Positions 29,604 to 35,026 of a stretch of 35,026 nt of DNA are shown here, piece after piece. Position 1 is the stretch's first letter. Every line of letters begins with the position of its first letter. The notes under the pieces were generated by a model that saw nothing but the letters and a program-made list of their open reading frames with translations, was not told the origin of the DNA and made no database searches. Both the position numbers and the translations under genes were made by a program. This stretch comes from Actinomycetota bacterium (lineage in GTDB: Bacteria > Actinomycetota > CADDZG01 > JAHWKV01 > JAOPZY01). The stretch is from the NCBI GenBank assembly GCA_025963875.1, contig JAOPZY010000189.1, positions 1 to 35,026 of the forward strand. Direction: 5' to 3'.

Positions 29604-29962
29604 CATGTAATTCCCCGCATTACTGCGGGCATAGACTATACCTCCACCCTATTTCTAGGGGCCGGCGTGTTATGGGATCCATAGTTTTGCCTTGCGGCGA
29701 TGATCCCATCCCTTCGTTGAGTTCCGAAGGAGTCGTTACGGGGGCCAGCAAACCCTTGCTACGCAGATGCTTCTCGACATCTGCGGCGAATATCCGCTTC
29801 GATTTCGAATAGTTTAGGGTCGAAAAGGCGCCAAATTGCAACGCCCTCTTGCTGGCCTTCCCTCGGTATTGCCCACCACCTTGCAGTTCGGCTTCAAGTG
29901 GGGGTTTCACCGATATGAGCCGGAGGACATCCAGGGATTACTCCCTGGAGACGCAGCGATCT
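29604..29962 (-). mobile_element. Group I intron L2593 (359 nt, IA-like core, no intact ORF)
   Basis: Between AGAACGU and CGCGAGAC; ends in G; IGS UCGCU-GCGU; core AUCGGUG/AAUACCGAG, GUAACGACU/GUAUAGUC. Confidence 0.92.
29740..29826 (-). pseudogene. Remnant of a single-motif LAGLIDADG (I-CreI-like) endonuclease C-terminus in P6 of L2593
   Basis: Reads FSTLNYSKSKRIFAADVEKHLRSKGLLAP then VTT, resembling the I-CreI C-terminus as I recall it (IAALNDSKTRKTTSETVRAVL); no LAGLIDADG motif left. Confidence 0.55.
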
Positions 29963-29981
29963 ACGTTCTAAACCCAGCTCG

Positions 29982-30019
<38 letters not shown>

Positions 30020-30055
30020 CCTGCTCCAGCCCCAGGATGCGACGAGCCGACATCG

Positions 30056-30365
30056 CACATGTCTCCACCGTTTCCGGTGGTGCAGACTATATCTTCACCC
30101 TCTCTGACCCAGAGTAGGGGTCGGCGTATTGTGGCGGCCATAGATTTGTCCCTTGCGGAACGAGACTCGCCACCTCGGCCTTGCGGCCTCAGTCGTTACG
30201 GGGTCACTTGCGGAAGCTGTGACATGGGTCTTTGCAGCGTGGTGCTGCGCTTCCGACAGACTTCCCACGGTATTGCCCACTGCCCTCCTGTGGGGTGACA
30301 GTTCAGGGGTTCACCGTTATAAGCCGATACCAATACGGCATCTCTGCCGCTACACCCCAATGTTG
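30056..30365 (-). mobile_element. Group I intron L2500 (310 nt, IA-like core, ORF-less)
   Basis: Between GGCACCU and CGAUGUC; ends in G; IGS ACAUU-G-GGGUG; core AACGGUG/AAUACCGUG, GUAACGACU/GAUAUAGUC. Confidence 0.93.
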
Positions 30366-30603
30366 AGGTGCCAAACCGGTCCGTCGATATGGACTCTTGG
30401 GACCGATCAGCCTGTTATCCCCGGGGTACCTTTTATCCGTTGAGCGACGGCCCATCCACATGGGACCGCCGGATCACTAGGCCCTGCTTTCGCATCTGCT
30501 CGACTTGTAGGTCTCGCAGTTAAGCTCCCTTGTGCCCTTGCACTCGACAGCTGATTGCCGACCAGCTTGAGGGAACCTTTGGGCGCCTCCGTTACAGTTT
30601 GGG

Positions 30604-31523
30604 CTCTCTGTTAGCACGGCAGCTTGTACTTCATCTCCTGGATCACATACGGATCCACGATACTCACGAAGCCATCGACTTCAGCGGATGGGATGTACAT
30701 CTGAAGCCCATCCACTTGCGCTCTCAAGTTCGTGCGAATCGAGAAGTCCCGCTCGAGGAACCACTGCAACATGGTTACCTCATCGGGCCGAAAGGCTTGC
30801 GTATTCAGATACAAGCCACGGCACGACCGAGACTTCCGGGAGCCGTCGTCCATGAACCACACCGCCAAGGCCAGCGGAGTCAAGGTGAGATCCGGGGGTA
30901 CAACCTTCCGCCCCTCATAGAAGCGGTTTCGGAACTCACCCAATTCGGGATGCGACACGGTGGCGAAGCCGACATTCATCGACTGCGTCCCAAGTCGATT
31001 CCCTTTGAGACGAGAGGCTGGCGGCGTCAGGACCCAGCTCGACCATTCCGAGTACTTCCAGGTGACGTACTCGATTTGGCGTACTGAGTGTTCTACCTTC
31101 AGTCGTGCCCAGCCCTGAGCATTCTGCTTTTCCAGATGCCCGTCTCCGAGAAGCAGCCCGACAAGGATCTCGCGCTGACGACTCGTAAGGAACAACTCCT
31201 GCTTCAGCCTTGCGATGGCCCTGGTGTTCATGGACCCCGTTGCCGTCTCGGGGTCATTTCTGCCCCGATCTGCACGTCGCCGTGCAGGTCAGACCATCCC
31301 ATCATCCGACCTCTCAGTCGGAGCCCTCGTTGTGGTCGTTGGGGTAGGCCAAGATCTGGCCCAACCTGCTGATTTTCCGCACCGCTCGGATTTTCACTGC
31401 CCACACCCCAAGTCTAATGACGAGGGGTGACAAAAAAGGGCTAGTACCGTCGGATTCTCGGGAGTTCCAGCATACGCCGAGGGTTTTATTTCACATGGTT
31501 ACCCATGATTCGCCCCCAAATTG
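30604..31523 (-). mobile_element. Group I intron L2262 (920 nt) carrying a homing endonuclease gene
   Basis: Between GGUCGCCU and CCCAAAC; ends in G; IGS UUUGG-GGGCGA; core UGCUGG/AAUCAGCAG, AACGACCA/GAUGGUC. Confidence 0.93.
30611..31231 (-). CDS. Double-motif LAGLIDADG homing endonuclease (LAGLIDADG_2 / I-SceI-like), 206 aa
   Basis: Motifs ILVGLLLGDG and LALAVWFMDDG, plus LYLNTQAF; uninterrupted ORF inside intron L2262. Confidence 0.93.
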   Translation of the reverse strand: MNTRAIARLKQELFLTSRQREILVGLLLGDGHLEKQNAQGWARLKVEHSVRQIEYVTWKYSEWSSWVLTPPASRLKGNRLGTQSMNVGFATVSHPELGEFRNRFYEGRKVVPPDLTLTPLALAVWFMDDGSRKSRSCRGLYLNTQAFRPDEVTMLQWFLERDFSIRTNLRAQVDGLQMYIPSAEVDGFVSIVDPYVIQEMKYKLPC

Positions 31524-31834
31524 AGGCGACCGCCCCAGTCAAACTACCCACCTGGCACTGTCCCTCACCCGGATCACGGGTGTGGGTTAGGGACCCAACA
31601 CATGCAGAGCGGTATTTCAAGGTTGGCTCCACCCGAACCGGAGTCCGGGCTTCACAGCCTCCCGCCTATCCTACGCAACACATGTCAAGTCCCAATACCA
31701 AGATGTAGTAAAGGTCCACGGGGTCTTTCCGTCCTTCCACGCGTAACGAGCATCTTTACTCGTAGTGCAATTTCGCCGAGTCCCCAGTTGAGACAGTGCC
31801 CAAGTCGTTACGCCATTCGTGCAGGTCGGAACTT

Positions 31835-32119
31835 CGTCTCAGTCCCCTGTTTCCAGGGGGACAGACTATGCCTTCATCTCGAACCACTTTGTTCGAGAGC
31901 CCGCGTATTGCTCTGTCCGTAGATTGACCGTGTTCCGGCCGGGACCAGAGCCTCACCCCGAAGGGATCAGTCGTTACGGGGCCATACTTCGCAATGAAGC
32001 AGAGGGCTTCCCACGGCATCACCCGCCGTCTATCGCCTCTCCTTGAAGGCAGCCGGTGTGGGCTCCGCCGTTATGAGCGGGTCTGCACACGGGATCGCTC
32101 CCGTGCAGGGCAATAATTC
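31835..32119 (-). mobile_element. Group I intron L1951 (285 nt, IA-like core, ORF-less)
   Basis: Between GUCGGGU and AAGUUCC; ends in G; GAAUU (P10) and GCCC (P1); core AACGGCG/AUGCCGUG, GUAACGACU/GCAUAGUC. Confidence 0.92.
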
Positions 32120-32139
32120 ACCCGACAAGGAATTTCGCT

Positions 32140-32439
32140 CGAAACGTCTGTTACGCGCCCTCATCTATCAGGCGGGGCTGGTCGTTTCCGCCAGCCTCCC
32201 TACGTCGCCGTAGGGTTCGGACCATCTCATCCTCTCTCCATCCATCTCGCAAGAGAGGGCCGGCGTATGGTCTCTGAGGGGTCACGAGGACTTCCCTGCT
32301 GATTGCCCGCACCGGACGGATTGTCACTTCCCAAAGGAAGTACCGCCGGATACTCGGGGTTTCCAGCAAACAGCCGGCTGCGCACCGCACCGTCACCGAT
32401 GCGGGGGGCAGCTCCCCTTGCCTGCCAAGGGGACCTTGT
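32140..32439 (-). mobile_element. Group I intron L1931 (300 nt, ORF-less)
   Basis: Between CUAAGGU and AGCGAAA; ends in G; short IGS GCU-GCC; core UGCUGG/AAUCAGCAG, CAGAGACCA/GAUGGUC. Confidence 0.92.
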
Positions 32440-32453
32440 ACCTTAGGACCGTT

Positions 32454-32691
32454 CGTCCAATTCCTTCATGTCGCCATGAGGCTGGACCATATCTTCACAG
32501 GCTCCTCTCGGAGTCTCGTGTCTGGCGTATGGCCTCTGAGGATTCCGGTCCCCTCACGAGGGCCGGCCTTTCCTGCTGATTGCCTGCACCGTCCGATTTT
32601 CACTGCCGGATAGGACCGGCGAGTACGGAGCGGATACCCAGGGTTCCCAGCATATAGCCAGATTTATTAACGTAACTACAACGGTCAACTT
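32454..32691 (-). mobile_element. Group I intron L1917 (238 nt, ORF-less)
   Basis: Between GUAACUAU and AACGGUC; ends in G; IGS GACCGUU-GUAGUUACG gives a 7-bp P10 and 9-bp P1; core UGCUGG/AAUCAGCAG, CAGAGGCCA/GAUAUGGUC. Confidence 0.94.
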
Positions 32692-33595
32692 ATAGTTACG
32701 GCCGCCGTTTACCGGCGCTTCAGTTCAGAGCTTCGCCCCGAAGGGCTGACCCCTCCCCTTAACGTTCCGGCACCGGGCAGGCGTCAGTGCATATACATGG
32801 TCTTACGACTTCGCATGCACCTGTGTTTTTAGTAAACAGTCGCTTGGGCCTTTTCTCTGCGACCCCCGGAAGCTCCGGCCGCAAAGGCCTTCACCTCCAA
32901 GGGCGCCCCTTCTCCCGAAGTTACGGGGCCAACTTGCCTAGTTCCTTAACCAGGGTTCTCTCGATCGCCTTAGTATTCTCTACTTACCCACCTGTGTCGG
33001 TTTGGGGTACGGGCAGCGCTCCAGCTCGCTAGAGGTTTTTCTTGGCAGCATGGGATCAGCCACTTCGCCTTAATCGGCTCGGCATCGCGCCTCAGAGTTG
33101 ATGGTCCCCTGGATTTGCCTGGGGGACCCCCCTACACGCTTACCCCGGCTCTACCATCGACCGGGTTGGCCTACCCTCCTGCGTCACCCCATTGCTGCCC
33201 TAATACCGGTCCGGTCGATTGGCCTCGTAAGGCCGCACTTAGGGACTGGATTCGGGCTGGGCGCGGGAGCACTGGTACGGGAATATCAACCCGTTGTCCA
33301 TCGACTACGTCTCTCGACCTCGCCTTAGGTCCCGACTTACCCTGGGCGGATTAGCCTTGCCCAGGAAACCTTGGGTTTTCGGCGGACGGGTTTCTCACCC
33401 GTCTCTCGCTACTCATGCCGGCATTCTCACTCGTGTGGCGTCCACGGCTCGCTTCCGCGGCCGCTTCACCCGCCACACGACGCTCCCCTACCCATCCCTC
33501 AATGAAGAGGAATGCCGCAGCTTCGGTATTACGCTTAGCCCCGCTACATTGTCGGCGCCGAACCACTTGACCAGTGAGCTATTACGCACTCTTTT

Positions 33596-33630
<35 letters not shown>

Positions 33631-34203
33631 CTTTGCGACTCGACATCCTTTCCCACTTAGCGTAATTTAGGGACCTTAGCTGGCGGTCTGGGCTGTTTCC
33701 CTCTCGACTACGGAGCTTAGCCCCCGCAGTCTCACTCCCGCGCTCTCAAGCATTGGCATTCGGAGTTTGGCTGAGTTCGGTAAGCTTGTAGGCCCCCTAG
33801 CCCATCCAGTGCTCTACCACCAATGCTAAACACGCGAGGCTGCACCTAAATGCATTTCGGGGAGAACCAGATATCACCGAGTTTGATTGGCCTTTCACCC
33901 CTATCCACAGGTCATCCGCCCGGTTTTCAACCCGAGTCGGTTCGGCCCTCCACGAGGTCTTACCCTCGCTTCAGCCTGCCCATGGGTAGATCACTCGGCT
34001 TCGGGTCTAGAACCTGTGACTGGACGCCCAGTTAGGACTCGCTTTCGCTACGGCTCCGGGATATCCCTTAACCTCGCCACAGATCGCTAACTCGCCGGCT
34101 CATTCTTCAAAAGGCACGCTGTCACGCCTTCCTGGTTACCCAGGAAGGTACGCTCCAACGGCTTGTAGGCAATCGGTTTCAGGTACTATTTCACTCCCCT
34201 CCC

Positions 34204-34237
<34 letters not shown>

Positions 34238-34774
34238 GCACTATCGGTCGCCAAGGAGTATTTAGCCTTACCGGGTGGTACCGGCAGATTCGCACGGGAT
34301 TTCCCTGGTCCCGCACTACTTGGGAGGAGCACCGGGAGGCTGTGAGGTTTCGGCTACAGGGCTGTTACCTGCTATGGCCCCTCTTTCCAGAGGGTTCGCC
34401 TACCTCAGAGCTTTGTAACTCCCTGACCCGACCGGTGTCGGGTCTGGTGCTTCCCGCAACCCCCACGTCGCAACGCCACCGGGCTATCACACGACATGGG
34501 TTTAGGCTGTTCCCGTTTCGCTCGCCACTACTCAGGGAATCACGGTTGTTTTCTCTTCCTCGCCCTACTGAGATGTGTCAGTTCAGGCGGTTCGCTTCCT
34601 GGCCCTATGTATTCAGACCAGGATGACGGCCCATGACGGCCGCCGGGTTCCCCCATTCGGAAATCCACGGATCAAAGCTTGTTTGGCAGCTCCCCGTGGC
34701 TTATCGCAGCCTGCAACGTCCTTCATCGCCTCTTGGCGCCAAGGCATCCACCGATTGCCCTTACTAACTTGACC

Positions 34775-35026
<252 letters not shown>

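Overview
High-GC actinobacterial chromosome segment. Positions 1-28.8 kb are mostly housekeeping genes of the conserved rrn-adjacent cluster (HAD-IIA, tlyA, NAD kinase, steA/steB, murJ, pyrG, NUDIX, ald, orphan parA), plus deoB, a DksA/TraR-like gene and a glutamate-type ABC transporter. Positions 28.8-35.0 kb are an rRNA operon on the minus strand (16S 3' end, tRNA-less ITS, 23S, 5S). The main result is that the 23S gene (~5.75 kb) is interrupted by seven group I introns, after E. coli-equivalent positions U1917, U1931, U1951, U2262, U2500, U2593 and U2604 (2,687 nt, ~47% of the gene). This leaves micro-exons of 14, 20 and 11 nt in helices 69-71 and 93. Every intron follows an exon U, ends in G and has a readable internal guide sequence. 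Only L2262 carries an intact (double-motif LAGLIDADG) homing endonuclease. L2593 keeps an apparent I-CreI-like C-terminal remnant, and L2604 looks like a relative of L1917. A second unexplained signal is an exact 23-bp GC-rich repeat found four times inside unrelated coding sequences. All calls are by eye; no searches were run.
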